Shown: positions 48,340 to 58,802, counted from the first letter of the stretch. The stretch: DNA of 64,000 nt from Planctomycetia bacterium (GCA_016795155.1 JAEUIE010000005.1:130294-194293); one strand, 5' to 3'. A program made the numbers and translations. Notes: generated from the letters alone by a model not told the origin.

Positions 48340-49650
48340 ATGCTGAATCGACGTGAATTTGTCCGCAAACTGGGGCTGAGCGCAGCGGCAGTGCCTTACA
48401 TTCTGAATCTGCCCAGCCTGTGCTTTGCCAATCAGACGGCCCGCAAACAGCGGATGGTAATTATCTTCAGCCCCAATGGCATCGTGCCCAAGACTTTCTG
48501 GCCGGACAAGGAAGAAGAGCTGACCAGCTTCAAGGAAAGTTTGAAACCTTTGGAACCTTTCAAGGACAAAACGCTGATTCTGAAAGGCGTTTGTGATCGT
48601 GTTCAGGGCGATGGTGACAACCACATGCGAGGCATCGGCTGCCTGCTGACAGGCATTGAACTGTTCCCAGGCAATATCCAGGGTGGTTCGCATACTCCCG
48701 CAGGCTGGGCTTCGGGGCTTTCCATCGATCAGGCTATCAAGGAACATTTGCAGAAAGATGAAGCACGACGAACCCGCTTTGGCACGCTCGAATTTGGCGT
48801 CATGGTGCCTGAACGTGCTGATACCTGGACGCGCATGGTCTATGCCGGTCCGAACAAGCCGATTTCCCCCATCGATGATCCCTATCAGATGTTCAATAAG
48901 CTTTATGGCAAAGTAAAAGATCAGGAGCTGCTCAAGAGCATTCTGGATGATGTCAGCGATGATCTCAAGAAAGTAAGCCAGGCGGTCAGCAAGGAAGACC
49001 GTCGACTGCTCGATGAACATGCAACCTTTGTCAGGGAAATGGAACAGGAACTGAAATCAGCGAAGAAGGCGGATGTTGGCCATGCTGTTCCGGTGCTGGA
49101 GCCGGGAACCCGGCGTGATAACGACAACATTCCCCGCATCAGCAAGATGCAGATTGATTTGATCGTGAACAGCTTTATGGCTGATTTCAATCGCATTGCC
49201 ACCCTGCAATACACCAATTCCGTGGGGCAGGCGAAAATGCGCTGGTTGGGGATAAGCGAAGGGCATCACGATCTTTCGCATGAGCCTGATAAAAATGAAA
49301 AGGCCCAGGAAAAACTGACCAAGATCAATCACTGGTTCTGCGAGCAGATTGCGTACCTGGCCAAGCGGTTGGCTGAAACCCCTGAGCCGGGCGGAAAAGG
49401 CTCGCTGCTCGATAACACGCTGATCGTCTGGACGAATGAACTGGGACAAGGGAATTCCCACACGCTGGATAACATCCCCTTTGTCATGGTCGGTAACGGC
49501 CTCGATTTCAAGATGGGCAGATCGCTTCAGTACAAACGAGCCCACCACAACCGGCTGCTGATGTCGTTTGCTCATGCTTATGGATTGCCAGTCAAGTCAT
49601 TTGGTAATCCAGACTTTTGTGGCGCTGGCCCGTTGGATCGTTTGAGGTGA
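48340..49650 (+). CDS. DUF1552 domain-containing protein (Tat signal)
   Basis: [19 protein letters not shown] twin-arginine-type signal. Conserved DUF1552 motifs ([25 protein letters not shown]). It is the canonical partner of the preceding DUF1592 gene. Confidence 0.85.
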   Translation: MLNRREFVRKLGLSAAAVPYILNLPSLCFANQTARKQRMVIIFSPNGIVPKTFWPDKEEELTSFKESLKPLEPFKDKTLILKGVCDRVQGDGDNHMRGIGCLLTGIELFPGNIQGGSHTPAGWASGLSIDQAIKEHLQKDEARRTRFGTLEFGVMVPERADTWTRMVYAGPNKPISPIDDPYQMFNKLYGKVKDQELLKSILDDVSDDLKKVSQAVSKEDRRLLDEHATFVREMEQELKSAKKADVGHAVPVLEPGTRRDNDNIPRISKMQIDLIVNSFMADFNRIATLQYTNSVGQAKMRWLGISEGHHDLSHEPDKNEKAQEKLTKINHWFCEQIAYLAKRLAETPEPGGKGSLLDNTLIVWTNELGQGNSHTLDNIPFVMVGNGLDFKMGRSLQYKRAHHNRLLMSFAHAYGLPVKSFGNPDFCGAGPLDRLR

Positions 49651-49690
49651 GGAAAGTTGCTTGGTTTAGCATCGTGTTAAGAGTTTGTAG

Positions 49691-49718
49691 CACTGTTTTC
49701 GGTACTCCGAAAGCAGTG
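49691..49718 (+). terminator. hairpin downstream of the DUF1552 gene (weak terminator candidate)
   Basis: cactgttttcgg tact ccgaaagcagtg: a 12-bp stem with one G-U pair. There is no U tract. Confidence 0.3.
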
Positions 49719-49851
49719 AAAGTCGTGCGATGACTTCGTGTGGGTGCCATCGTTTGGCCGTACTCGGTCTAACGATGCAATCTTAGAGTGCCATTGAAGA
49801 CTTACGCATTGCTAGCAAACATTGTCACCCAGTCCACGCCAAGAGAACAGG

Positions 49852-50388
49852 TTATATCTTATTGCTTTTACTACGATTGCAATTTTGACAAAGCAATCGG
49901 ATATTTCTCGCTGTATTACTTCCGCCTTTACTGTGTGGAATCACATGATCATACTCTAGGTGTTGATTTGATCCACATTCAACACAAACACCTCTGTCCC
50001 TCTGCCAAACTTCCATCCTGACTTTATTAGGTATGTTCCTAGAACTTGTCTTAGTATCATCGTTTAACTTCACTATCAACTGCTTTTTGCAGAAGCTGCA
50101 TTCCCACTTTACTGCTTTAAAATTTGGACTGACAACTGGGTTTTTCCAGGAACATTCGTTGCATCGATTACATGAACAACTAGGGATACTATCCTGAACA
50201 ATGCCTCTTCTTTGTCTTTGTGTGTTTTCTACCGTTAGGCGTGTTTCCTCTTCGGCCACTGGCCCTGAAATCTCAATTACATCGTAACCACTTTTCCTTG
50301 CTTTTCCCAATGCATCTAATCTATTCTTAGCATGAATCGATAAGTCATAGAACCGACCTTCATCGAATGCTGTTATTTGGAATTTCAT
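49852..50388 (-). CDS. Zn-ribbon plus HNH endonuclease domain protein on an AT-rich islet
   Basis: C-terminal WQRDRGVCVECGSNQHLEYDHVIPHSKGGSNTARNIRLLCQNCNRSK (HNH with flanking CxxC pairs). Central CSCNRCNEC...CSFCKK Cys cluster. The N-terminal 50 aa or so are unrecognised. Start placed at MKFQITAF (50388). Confidence 0.75.
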   Translation of the reverse strand: MKFQITAFDEGRFYDLSIHAKNRLDALGKARKSGYDVIEISGPVAEEETRLTVENTQRQRRGIVQDSIPSCSCNRCNECSWKNPVVSPNFKAVKWECSFCKKQLIVKLNDDTKTSSRNIPNKVRMEVWQRDRGVCVECGSNQHLEYDHVIPHSKGGSNTARNIRLLCQNCNRSKSNKI

Positions 50389-50685
50389 AAAAGCAATCCG
50401 AACTTCGCGGATAAACATTCGTCGTTGAGAGAACATTGTCTCACTAGAAGGTAGATTATCCCTACGATGATATGTGTGCAACGACTATCATACAACTTTG
50501 TATTCCAGATAATGAATGAAATGTTATCATTTTCATTTGAGATGTCTCTGGAGGAGGGTGGGCATGATTTCCATCGTTAAGACATTCTCGGCCTATTAGA
50601 ATCTAATCTGACAGAGTCATTGCATACTTGTTCATTGCCAGCAGGACTATCTTCAAGCAGTGGGATCCAAACATTTTGGATACTA

Positions 50686-50925
50686 CTAAGGTTGCCCGTC
50701 TCGATTGCCGGTTTTTCCAAGCAGTTTTGAATTAGTGAAATCTTGCTCTGCAGGAGATAATTCTGGGTACTTTGTATATACAGGTTTGTCCTTTGGCCGT
50801 TTAATAAACAGACCTCGAATCGAATTCAGTAGATACTCAATTGCATTCTGTATGCGGGTCAAGTTCATTGAATAATTCCCAGACAGTATGTTTCTACCAT
50901 GATTATTCGCCACGCAAACCTGCAT
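50686..50925 (-). CDS. hypothetical small protein on the AT-rich islet (possibly a gene remnant)
   Basis: 79-codon ORF in low-GC DNA with no motif. The 200 nt downstream of it (50482-50685) have no ORF. Confidence 0.25.
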   Translation of the reverse strand: MQVCVANNHGRNILSGNYSMNLTRIQNAIEYLLNSIRGLFIKRPKDKPVYTKYPELSPAEQDFTNSKLLGKTGNRDGQP

Positions 50926-51079
50926 TTCAATGTTTGTTCAGTTCAAATCCAGAATTTCAGAGGTGAACATTCAGGTCGGAAGGTCTCATCATTCCTTGAA
51001 TAACTCGGTGCCACACTCATTCTTCGCTATCTCCTTTCCCTGTTCGGTGCTTCCCCTATCCTGTCTACTACGGATCAGG

Positions 51080-52321
51080 ATGAACACGATGACAGGATTG
51101 CAAGAACAACTGACGATCATCCAGCGAGGGGCGGATCAGATCACTCCCAGTGATGAATTCACCAAAAAGCTCCAGCGGAGCATTGCGACTGGCAAGCCGT
51201 TGCGGGTGAAGTATGGGATTGATCCGACAGGTATTGATGTGCACTTGGGGCATACGGTGCCGTTACGCAAGCTGCGACAGTTTCAGCAACTGGGGCACAA
51301 GGCTGTTTTGATTATTGGTAACTACACAGCCCTTGTGGGTGACCCGAGTGGCCGTGATCAGACCCGTGCCAAGCTGACCGAAGAGCAGGTGCAGGCGAAT
51401 GCGGTGGATTATCTGAAGCAGGTAGGCAAGATTATCGACATCGAGAAGGCGGAAGTACGCTTCAACGGCGAATGGTTCAGCAAGTATTCGTTTCTTGGCG
51501 TGCTCAATCTGCTCAGCAAAATTACGGTTCAGCGCATGCTGGAGCGGGATGATTTCACCAAGCGTTACAAATCGGGCACTCCGATCTATCTGCATGAATG
51601 TCTCTACCCGTTGATGCAGGGGCAGGATAGTGTCGATATCCAGGCCGATGTCGAACTGGGTGGCACTGAGCAGCTTTTCAACCTGATGATGGGCAGGCAT
51701 CTGCAATCGGATGCCGGACAGGAGCCGCAAATCTGCCTGACACTGCCGATTCTGCGCGGTCTGGATGGTGAACGCCGCATGGGCAAGAGCCTGAAGAATT
51801 ATGTTGGTGTCGGTGAGCCTGCGTATGAACAGTTTGCCAAGACCATGTCGATTCCTGATAACCTGATGGCGGAATGGTTTAAACTGCTGACCGATCGTTC
51901 AGAGGCAGAAATTGCAACGCTGACCGATGCCGGGCAAACCCATCCCATGGTAGCCAAGAAACACTTGGCTTCTGATATTGTTGCTTTCTATTACGGCACT
52001 GCAGAAGCCAGTGAAGCGCAGGCTGAATGGGAGAAACGTTTTTCACAACGGCAGGACCCCACGGACATTCCCACCATGATGGTGCCTGCTTCCGAATTGA
52101 CAGATGGTACGCTGGCAGTGATGCGGGCGCTGGTGATGGCCAAGTTCGCCAAGAGCAATGGTGAGGCACGCCGGCTGATTGAAGGTGGCGGTGTAACAAC
52201 AGGGGCTGATAAAACCAAGGTTGAAAACTTCCAGGCAAAGATGGCCATCCCTGCGGACGGCATTCTGCTGCGTGTTGGTTCACGACGCATTGTCAGGCTG
52301 ATGCTGGAAGCCCAGGGGTGA
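51080..52321 (+). CDS. tyrS: tyrosine--tRNA ligase
   Basis: HLGH (HIGH motif) in GIDPTGIDVHLGHTVPL, KMGKS (KMSKS motif), GDPSGRD, and a C-terminal S4-like domain. The start is moved to the ATG at 51080 (MNTMTGLQEQL). Confidence 0.9.
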   Translation: MNTMTGLQEQLTIIQRGADQITPSDEFTKKLQRSIATGKPLRVKYGIDPTGIDVHLGHTVPLRKLRQFQQLGHKAVLIIGNYTALVGDPSGRDQTRAKLTEEQVQANAVDYLKQVGKIIDIEKAEVRFNGEWFSKYSFLGVLNLLSKITVQRMLERDDFTKRYKSGTPIYLHECLYPLMQGQDSVDIQADVELGGTEQLFNLMMGRHLQSDAGQEPQICLTLPILRGLDGERRMGKSLKNYVGVGEPAYEQFAKTMSIPDNLMAEWFKLLTDRSEAEIATLTDAGQTHPMVAKKHLASDIVAFYYGTAEASEAQAEWEKRFSQRQDPTDIPTMMVPASELTDGTLAVMRALVMAKFAKSNGEARRLIEGGGVTTGADKTKVENFQAKMAIPADGILLRVGSRRIVRLMLEAQG

Positions 52322-52324
52322 TGC

Positions 52325-53182
52325 ATGTCGTGGTGGGAAGCGATTTTTCTCGGAGCTCTACAGGGTATAACAGAGTTTCTGCCCATCTCCAGTTCCGGGC
52401 ATCTGGTGCTATTTCAGAAAATGTTTGGCTGGGACAATCCAGATAACGCCCAGGAGTGGTTCTTTGATGGTGTGCTGCATTTCGGCACACTGGTCGCTGT
52501 CTTGATTTACTTTGGGAAAGAACTGCGGCAGGGGCTGCAATCGGTCATGCGATCGAATGGAGAGGTGGCAGCAGCAACGTGGCCTGCCAGTTATCGAGAT
52601 GCGTTTTACCTGCTGGTACTGGTAGGCATTGCTTCGGTGCCTGCAGCACTCGCGGTGCTGGTCAAATCGGATGATATCAAGCAGAGTTTCAAGCAACCTG
52701 GGGTTGTTGCTCTGAATTTCATTCTGCTGGGCTTTGTGCTGATCATGACCGGGTTTCTGAAGCCGGGAAAGATTACCGGTCCGCAGATGCGCTGGTATCA
52801 TGCCCTGGCGATGGGCGTTGCGCAAGGGTGTGCAGCACTGATGCGAGGGCTGAGCCGTAGTGGATCGACGCTGGCGGTTGCCTTGCTGGTGAGTCTGGAA
52901 AAATCGTGGGCGGTGCGGTTCAGCTTCATGATGTCGGTCGTCGCCAGCCTGGGGCTGGGCGCCAGTGGCATCTGGAAAGCTTTGAAGGATCCATCGTTGC
53001 ATGAATGGCTGACCGGCGATTTTCTATTGAAGACTATTGTGGCCACATTGGTAAGTGCGATTGTGGCTTACCTGACGATTACGCCACTCATCGCTTTGGT
53101 GAAGCAGGCGAAACTCTGGATATTTGGCGTTTATGTCTGGTTGGTGGCAGCCAGTTACTTTGCCTGGATCTGGCTTGCGTAA
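52325..53182 (+). CDS. uppP: undecaprenyl-diphosphate phosphatase
   Basis: AIFLGALQGITEFLPISSSGHLVL N-terminal motif, RGLSRSGST motif, and 7-8 TM helices. Confidence 0.9.
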   Translation: MSWWEAIFLGALQGITEFLPISSSGHLVLFQKMFGWDNPDNAQEWFFDGVLHFGTLVAVLIYFGKELRQGLQSVMRSNGEVAAATWPASYRDAFYLLVLVGIASVPAALAVLVKSDDIKQSFKQPGVVALNFILLGFVLIMTGFLKPGKITGPQMRWYHALAMGVAQGCAALMRGLSRSGSTLAVALLVSLEKSWAVRFSFMMSVVASLGLGASGIWKALKDPSLHEWLTGDFLLKTIVATLVSAIVAYLTITPLIALVKQAKLWIFGVYVWLVAASYFAWIWLA

Positions 53183-54670
53183 TCAGCGAAGGGCCTGAGT
53201 CTGACGCAATAACGTTGGCATTCTCTGAACCACGATCCATTCCTGCAGTTGTGATTCGAGTGCCTGCATGGACAGGCCATAGTGTTGCTGTAATGCAGCG
53301 GGTATGCCATCGCGATTGCCATCACGCATAAAGGCAACGAATTGCCTTGGGCCTTTGAGTTGACAGAGATATTCCACCAGGCATACGCTTTGTCCATAGA
53401 AGCTGGCAACCTTGGAGCGATCCTGAGGATAGTCTTCAATCGTCAGGATTTCCTGCAGGCTTAATGCCCGGTTTTCACGGTATGCTGCAGGCAGCGAATC
53501 CAGATGCATGCCGATGCGTGAGTAGGGTTCCGACAGTACTGCTGTGCCTTCATCGGCCCAGCGGGGCAGCAGCTTGCGACCGAACTGGCCATTCAAAACA
53601 ACGTGAGTCACTTCATGAGGCAAAATCGCGCTCAGCATATGATCATGATCCGCACGAACAAATACCCTGCGGTAGTGAATGACGGATGCATCGTTCTTAT
53701 CTGCATCATAATCAGAATGCCCCGGTGCTGTCGCAGGCATGCCTGATTGTCGGTGGTAACTGTCCGCGGTGGGGTGGACATAAATCTGACAGGGTTGACT
53801 CCACTCGACATCGTGTCCGAGCCAGCGCTGGATGACCGCCGAACGCGTAGCCTCTGCTATTTCAGCAACCTGTTCACCCAGTTGTGGATCAGCGTGGAAG
53901 ATACGGAAATGTTCTGTCTCGCATACGGCCCAGCCCTGTTCCTTGTTCTGCAGATGACGGACTTTGGTGCTGACACGCCGGGGTTCTGCCTGCAGGCGCT
54001 GCAACAGCTCCTTGCCGAATTCAAGTCGGGGAGCGAGTTCCAGAGCAGCACGTACTTCACGCTCCATCTGTGGGCGTGCAGCACCTGGTTTTCCCTGGGC
54101 ATCGTTCAGTTGCCTGGCGATGTTATAGAGCTTACAGTAGGCAAACTGTTCTTTGATTTCCTGAGTCAGTTCCTTCCCGCTGGCTTTGCCCCGTTCATAA
54201 CATTGGCAAGCCTTGTCAAATTCTCCCAGCTCGAAAGCCTGCTGTGCTGCAGTCAGGTGATCCTGTTGCTGAACAGGTGGTACATTATGCTGGACAACTA
54301 TAACAGGTTTTTCTTCTGGTGGAGGAGTTCTAGTTTCCTTGATCGCAGGAGTGGCAGGCAGTTTGGATCGCTTTTCCCAGACATGTGCAGCCTGGGCTAA
54401 CTTGCCTTCGGACTGTAGTTTTTCGAACTGCAGTTGGTACGCACGGGAAAAGGTAGCAGCGTATTCCTGATCCTTCCCCACCGCGTCGCGTTGCGATTCC
54501 AGAAGGATGACAGCATTACTGATATCGTTTTGATCGAGAAGTTGTCTCGCCTGTTTCAGCACCGTCTGTGCAGCTGGCGATAAACCAGGTATGGCTTCTT
54601 CTGACCAGGCTGCAGAGAAAAGGCAGAAAATCAGCGCGACGCAGCATGCGGGGTATGCAATTCGGTTCAT
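53183..54670 (-). CDS. exported TPR-like protein with an HExxH metallopeptidase-like C-terminal domain
   Basis: Signal peptide MNRIAYPACCVALIFCLFSAAWS, so the start is placed at 54670. Helical repeat N-terminal half. LPHEVTHVVLNG (HExxH), followed by WADEGTAV (a possible third ligand Glu), as in MA-clan peptidases. Confidence 0.5.
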   Translation of the reverse strand: MNRIAYPACCVALIFCLFSAAWSEEAIPGLSPAAQTVLKQARQLLDQNDISNAVILLESQRDAVGKDQEYAATFSRAYQLQFEKLQSEGKLAQAAHVWEKRSKLPATPAIKETRTPPPEEKPVIVVQHNVPPVQQQDHLTAAQQAFELGEFDKACQCYERGKASGKELTQEIKEQFAYCKLYNIARQLNDAQGKPGAARPQMEREVRAALELAPRLEFGKELLQRLQAEPRRVSTKVRHLQNKEQGWAVCETEHFRIFHADPQLGEQVAEIAEATRSAVIQRWLGHDVEWSQPCQIYVHPTADSYHRQSGMPATAPGHSDYDADKNDASVIHYRRVFVRADHDHMLSAILPHEVTHVVLNGQFGRKLLPRWADEGTAVLSEPYSRIGMHLDSLPAAYRENRALSLQEILTIEDYPQDRSKVASFYGQSVCLVEYLCQLKGPRQFVAFMRDGNRDGIPAALQQHYGLSMQALESQLQEWIVVQRMPTLLRQTQALR

Positions 54671-54861
54671 AGAGCTTCCTTGCTCATGGTTGCCTGGCGC
54701 ATCCTTGCAGTAAGGCAACACGGGTGTACCAGAACGGTTATTCAACTGCGGGGGCAGCAGGTGCCCGTTCATGGACGGCGGAGAGTAGAGGTTCTTCGAA
54801 AATAATGCAACACGACTTTTTAAACATGCAGGAATGCAAGAGAACAGGAGCACAGACTACG

Positions 54862-57360
54862 TCAAGTGGAAAAGGCAGGCAGATAGACGGTAAAAGTAGA
54901 GCCGTTGCCGGGTTGACTGACCAGTTTCATGGCAGCCTTATGGCAACGCACTATGCCGATGACAGCAGCGAGCCCCAAGCCTCGCCCCTGGGATTTGGTA
55001 GTAAAAAAGGGATCGAAAATACGCTGCTGAATATCAGGAGAAATACCGGTTCCCTCGTCACGTACTTCCATAAAGACGAAGTTGCCCGGTTCGACATCGT
55101 TGGCTTTTACCTGGCACGTTGACAATTCATTGGTATCGAGCCGAACCTGACCTGTTTTCAGATATACTTTGCTCGTTCTCTGAGTCAGAGCTTCTGCCGC
55201 ATTACTGATCAGATTCATAACAACCTGTCTGATCTGGGTCATGTCTGCGGTGATATCGGGCAATGTCGGCGACAAATCCATCTGCAGAATGCCACGCTGG
55301 TTAATCATGCTGCGCAGGATTTCAGTGACTTCGAGCACCAGAACGGAGAGATCAAACTGTTTGATTTCGCGTTTGCCTTTGCCTGCATAAGCCAGCAGTT
55401 GTTGAGTCAGATCGGTTGCTCGCAGACTGGCCTGCAGGCTCGACTGAAGATAGGAACGAGCAGGGTGGTGTGCGGGCAGTTCGTTTTGTGCCAGATCGAT
55501 AAAGCCATAGATGGCTGTGAGCAGGCCGTTGAAATCGTGTGCAATGGTGCCTGCCAGCAATCCCAGGCTTTCCAGTCGTTGTGTCTGCTGTAACTGTTCT
55601 TCCAATCGCTTGCGTTCGCTGACATCGCGATGAAAGCAGGCAATGCCGCTGGTGGAATTGTCCTGGCCTTTCACTGGATAGTAGATGGTGTCGAGTACCA
55701 TCTGAGCTTCGTTATCCTCTGCTTTCTGTGATGATGTCGGATGGTGATTTTTTTCATGAATCAGTCGATGAGGATTCTCGACAATTTCACCAGTCATGGC
55801 CCGGCGTGCCATAGTGACATCGTCTGCAGACAGAGCTCTTTCCGGCTCAAGAATGTTGTACTGGCCTATCTGTCCGTTGAGATGCAGTCGATCAGACAAT
55901 TGGACCATCGCAGGATTCTGCCTGCACAAGGTACCCTTCTGGTCAAATACCTGAATACCCAGTGGCGAACCATTGATGACCGCAGACAAAAGCTGTTCGC
56001 TGTTGTGCAGCTTTTCAATGGCCTGGTGCAGTTCCGTCTTGTCGTCCATGGTCAGGCTTAATCGTGGCAACATGTGACCGTTGGCATGAATGGGCGCCAG
56101 ACTGATTTCAAGCCATCTATTGGTTTGGTCTTCCAGCAATTCCACTCGGACGGAGCGTTTCTCTTCAATTACTTCTTGAGCATGTTTTTTGAGTCGTTCG
56201 ACAAATGGCCTGGTGAGTGGCAGTTCTGAAAGAGTTGACCAGGTTTCGAGCTTGTTGACTTGCGGCCAGAGACGGATGAGAGCAGCATTGGCCCAGTTGA
56301 ACTGCAAATCACCATCTTGAGTCAGCGTTAACACTGCCATGCATGAAGATGTGCTTTCAACAAATGAATGCAGTGTGGCCTGGCTTTCCTTCAAAGCCCG
56401 TTCCGCCTTGGCATGTTCCTGGTTCTCAAACGAGAGTGATACCAGATCAGCGATGGTGCCTGCAAAGGCCTGCTCTTCGAGTGTCCATTCACGTTCGGTG
56501 CCAACATGCTCATGGCAGACAATGCCAATTTCCTTGCCATGCAATCGAATGGGGACATCAAGCATCGAGGTGATGCCGAACGGTTCAAGATAACTGTCGG
56601 TAAATTCACTGGTGCGTGGGTCCTGCCTGGCTGTTCCCGCAGCAATGCTTCGGCTTTGCTCCAGCGTTTCAAAGTATCGAGGGTATTCATCTGCAGTCAG
56701 CACTTGCCCTGCATCGAACTTTTTAGGGCTGCTGTGGTATTGGCATATACACTGGATTGCCTGTCGATGCGGACTGAACAGCCAGATGCTGACCCGTTCC
56801 ACCTGCAAGGTCTGGCTGGCAACGGTGGTATAGGCTTCCAGTGCTGCGTTCAAATCAGGATGATCGGTTTTGGTGAGCCCCAGCAATGCCGCATGAAAAC
56901 GCTGTGCCTGTTCCGTTTGCCGCTTGAGATATTGATCTGCTGTAAGAGTTGAGCATAGTGCGCGTTCGCCCAATGGAAAAAACATCATCATAACGCCGAT
57001 GATGCGGCCTTGTTCAGTACGGACTGGCCACGCCCAGGCATGCAGATTGATGCGAGTATCATCTTTCCGACGCCGCTGCATCTGAATGCCTGACATGGTT
57101 TGTCCACCCAGGCAACGCAGAAACCAGGACTGATTGTCCTCCCAGAGATCGTTGGGAACCATGGGTGACGGCTTACCCAGTACTTCCTCGGCACGCCATC
57201 CAAAGAGTTTTTCTGCAGCGTGGTTCCAGAGTTGAACGCGTCCTTCGTGGTCAAATTGAATAACAGCTGCACTGGCCCCATCCATCAGGGAAGGGAACAA
57301 TGGTAATGGATCGTCAGCCAGTCCCTTGTCATTTTTCCGGGTCATGGCTTCTAGGCTCAT
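54862..57360 (-). CDS. multi-PAS/GAF sensor histidine kinase
   Basis: PAS-like N-terminal repeats and a GAF-like segment. H-box TIAHDFNGLLTAIYG. HATPase motifs NLISNAAEA, DEGTGI, GRGLGLA and GNGSTFTVYLP. No response-regulator gene is adjacent. Confidence 0.9.
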   Translation of the reverse strand: MSLEAMTRKNDKGLADDPLPLFPSLMDGASAAVIQFDHEGRVQLWNHAAEKLFGWRAEEVLGKPSPMVPNDLWEDNQSWFLRCLGGQTMSGIQMQRRRKDDTRINLHAWAWPVRTEQGRIIGVMMMFFPLGERALCSTLTADQYLKRQTEQAQRFHAALLGLTKTDHPDLNAALEAYTTVASQTLQVERVSIWLFSPHRQAIQCICQYHSSPKKFDAGQVLTADEYPRYFETLEQSRSIAAGTARQDPRTSEFTDSYLEPFGITSMLDVPIRLHGKEIGIVCHEHVGTEREWTLEEQAFAGTIADLVSLSFENQEHAKAERALKESQATLHSFVESTSSCMAVLTLTQDGDLQFNWANAALIRLWPQVNKLETWSTLSELPLTRPFVERLKKHAQEVIEEKRSVRVELLEDQTNRWLEISLAPIHANGHMLPRLSLTMDDKTELHQAIEKLHNSEQLLSAVINGSPLGIQVFDQKGTLCRQNPAMVQLSDRLHLNGQIGQYNILEPERALSADDVTMARRAMTGEIVENPHRLIHEKNHHPTSSQKAEDNEAQMVLDTIYYPVKGQDNSTSGIACFHRDVSERKRLEEQLQQTQRLESLGLLAGTIAHDFNGLLTAIYGFIDLAQNELPAHHPARSYLQSSLQASLRATDLTQQLLAYAGKGKREIKQFDLSVLVLEVTEILRSMINQRGILQMDLSPTLPDITADMTQIRQVVMNLISNAAEALTQRTSKVYLKTGQVRLDTNELSTCQVKANDVEPGNFVFMEVRDEGTGISPDIQQRIFDPFFTTKSQGRGLGLAAVIGIVRCHKAAMKLVSQPGNGSTFTVYLPAFST

Positions 57361-57453
57361 GATGAGTGAACTTCTTGCCAGTTAGTCATGATTTTTCATG
57401 TGTAATCATACCATGTGAAGTGGGTAAATCTACGATAAATACAGAGTTCTCAG

Positions 57454-58359
57454 TTATTGCACTGTTTTGCCGGGAAGTTTGTATTTCTCGAAGAAATTCC
57501 AGATACGTTCCGTTGCATCAAAAGTTTTAATCCGTTTTCCAAGCACTTCTTCGGGTACACCCACATCGCGTCCGCCGGGCCAATGATGGCCTAAACCAAA
57601 CAGTCTTGAGTAGATGAACTGCGAGGAATCAGCGACTCCCAGCTTCATGTCTTCATAGGCATCGTCGTGGTGAAGTGTTTCCAGCACCGGTGTAAAGTGA
57701 CTGAGTTCAGCCCATTGCTGCAGTGATTTGAGTACAGGTGGCCTGGTAGTGGTGTCGCCTGTCCAGGGGGAGACAATCTGGCCACCTTCCCAGGGTACGA
57801 GTGGATCTTCCGAGCCGATGAGATAATAAGCGGGAATAGGTCGTGGTGGTGAGCCGGATTTCAAATAGGGAAGTGCTGCAACCGGGCTGATGGCGGCAAA
57901 CAGATTGCCGGCTTCCGCAGCCAGCCTGAACGTGAGCCCCGCACCATTGGAGAATCCGGTGGCGTACACCTGGTCAGCAGCAAAATCAACCAAAGAAGGT
58001 AACTGTTTCAGGATGGCTTTCACAAAGCCAACATCATCGGCATAGCCTGTGGGTGCAGCAGTGAATGTAGTATCCAGATTCCACAGTTGTGGGTTGAGTC
58101 GAAAACTTGGTTTTTCTTCGCGGTTGGGTGGAGTGCCTTCCGGGGCAACCACAACGAAGCCTGATTTTTCAGCCTGGTAAAGCCAGCGGCTATGGAGCAA
58201 CATGATCTTGCCTGTAGCGCCTGCACCATGAAATGCAAGTACCAGAGGATAAGGAGGCTGACCCGTTGTCGGCAGGTACAGATGATAACGCCGTTCGCGC
58301 CCCTGATGTTGGATGATGCGTTTGTGCAAGCCTGGTTCTAATGATGATTTCATAATCAT
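57454..58359 (-). CDS. PHB-depolymerase-family esterase (LpqC-like alpha/beta hydrolase)
   Basis: RRYHLYLP...PLVLAFHGAGATG, VVAPEG, ADDVGFV, and the nucleophile elbow ATGFSNGAG. Confidence 0.7.
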   Translation of the reverse strand: MIMKSSLEPGLHKRIIQHQGRERRYHLYLPTTGQPPYPLVLAFHGAGATGKIMLLHSRWLYQAEKSGFVVVAPEGTPPNREEKPSFRLNPQLWNLDTTFTAAPTGYADDVGFVKAILKQLPSLVDFAADQVYATGFSNGAGLTFRLAAEAGNLFAAISPVAALPYLKSGSPPRPIPAYYLIGSEDPLVPWEGGQIVSPWTGDTTTRPPVLKSLQQWAELSHFTPVLETLHHDDAYEDMKLGVADSSQFIYSRLFGLGHHWPGGRDVGVPEEVLGKRIKTFDATERIWNFFEKYKLPGKTVQ

Positions 58360-58442
58360 TTCTGCTACTTGACCCTGCTACGTTCACATGCTAACTTCAT
58401 GGCTCAGTTCTATTCTTATTCTTACAAGTTTGAGGAGAAGTT

Positions 58443-58802
58443 ATGCGCCGAACTTGGGTTAGTTTATTTGCCTTGCTGGCAATAGCAGGCACCACGCTTG
58501 GCTTTGTCGCTGAAGATGCCAAGTACACCACCAAAGAAGTGATGAATAAGGCTCAAAAGGGTGGCCTGATGAAGAAGGTGCTGGAAGAGAAGGCGAGTGC
58601 TGCCGATAAGGCCAAACTCGTCGAATACTATGAGTCATTGCCTAAGCACGAACCCAACAAGGGTGATGCTGCTGCATATAAGAAGCTGACTGAAAATATG
58701 GTGACTGCCGCCAAGGCTGCTCAAAAGGGTGAAGCGGGCTGGAAGCAGAAGCTTCAAAAAGCAGCTGCCAACTGCAAGGCCTGTCACGATCTTTATAAGT
58801 AA
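58443..58802 (+). CDS. small exported c-type cytochrome with C-terminal CxxCH (class II / cytochrome c'-like helical bundle)
   Basis: Signal peptide, an all-helical Lys/Ala-rich body, and a single CKACH motif 5 residues from the C-terminus. Confidence 0.6.
   Translation: MRRTWVSLFALLAIAGTTLGFVAEDAKYTTKEVMNKAQKGGLMKKVLEEKASAADKAKLVEYYESLPKHEPNKGDAAAYKKLTENMVTAAKAAQKGEAGWKQKLQKAAANCKACHDLYK

Noticed and set aside
57454-58359. The PHB-depolymerase-family esterase together with glgC as a hint of a carbon-storage island.
   Set aside because: The genes are 30 kb apart, on different transcription units, and separated by unrelated housekeeping genes. No PHA synthase or phasin genes are present.
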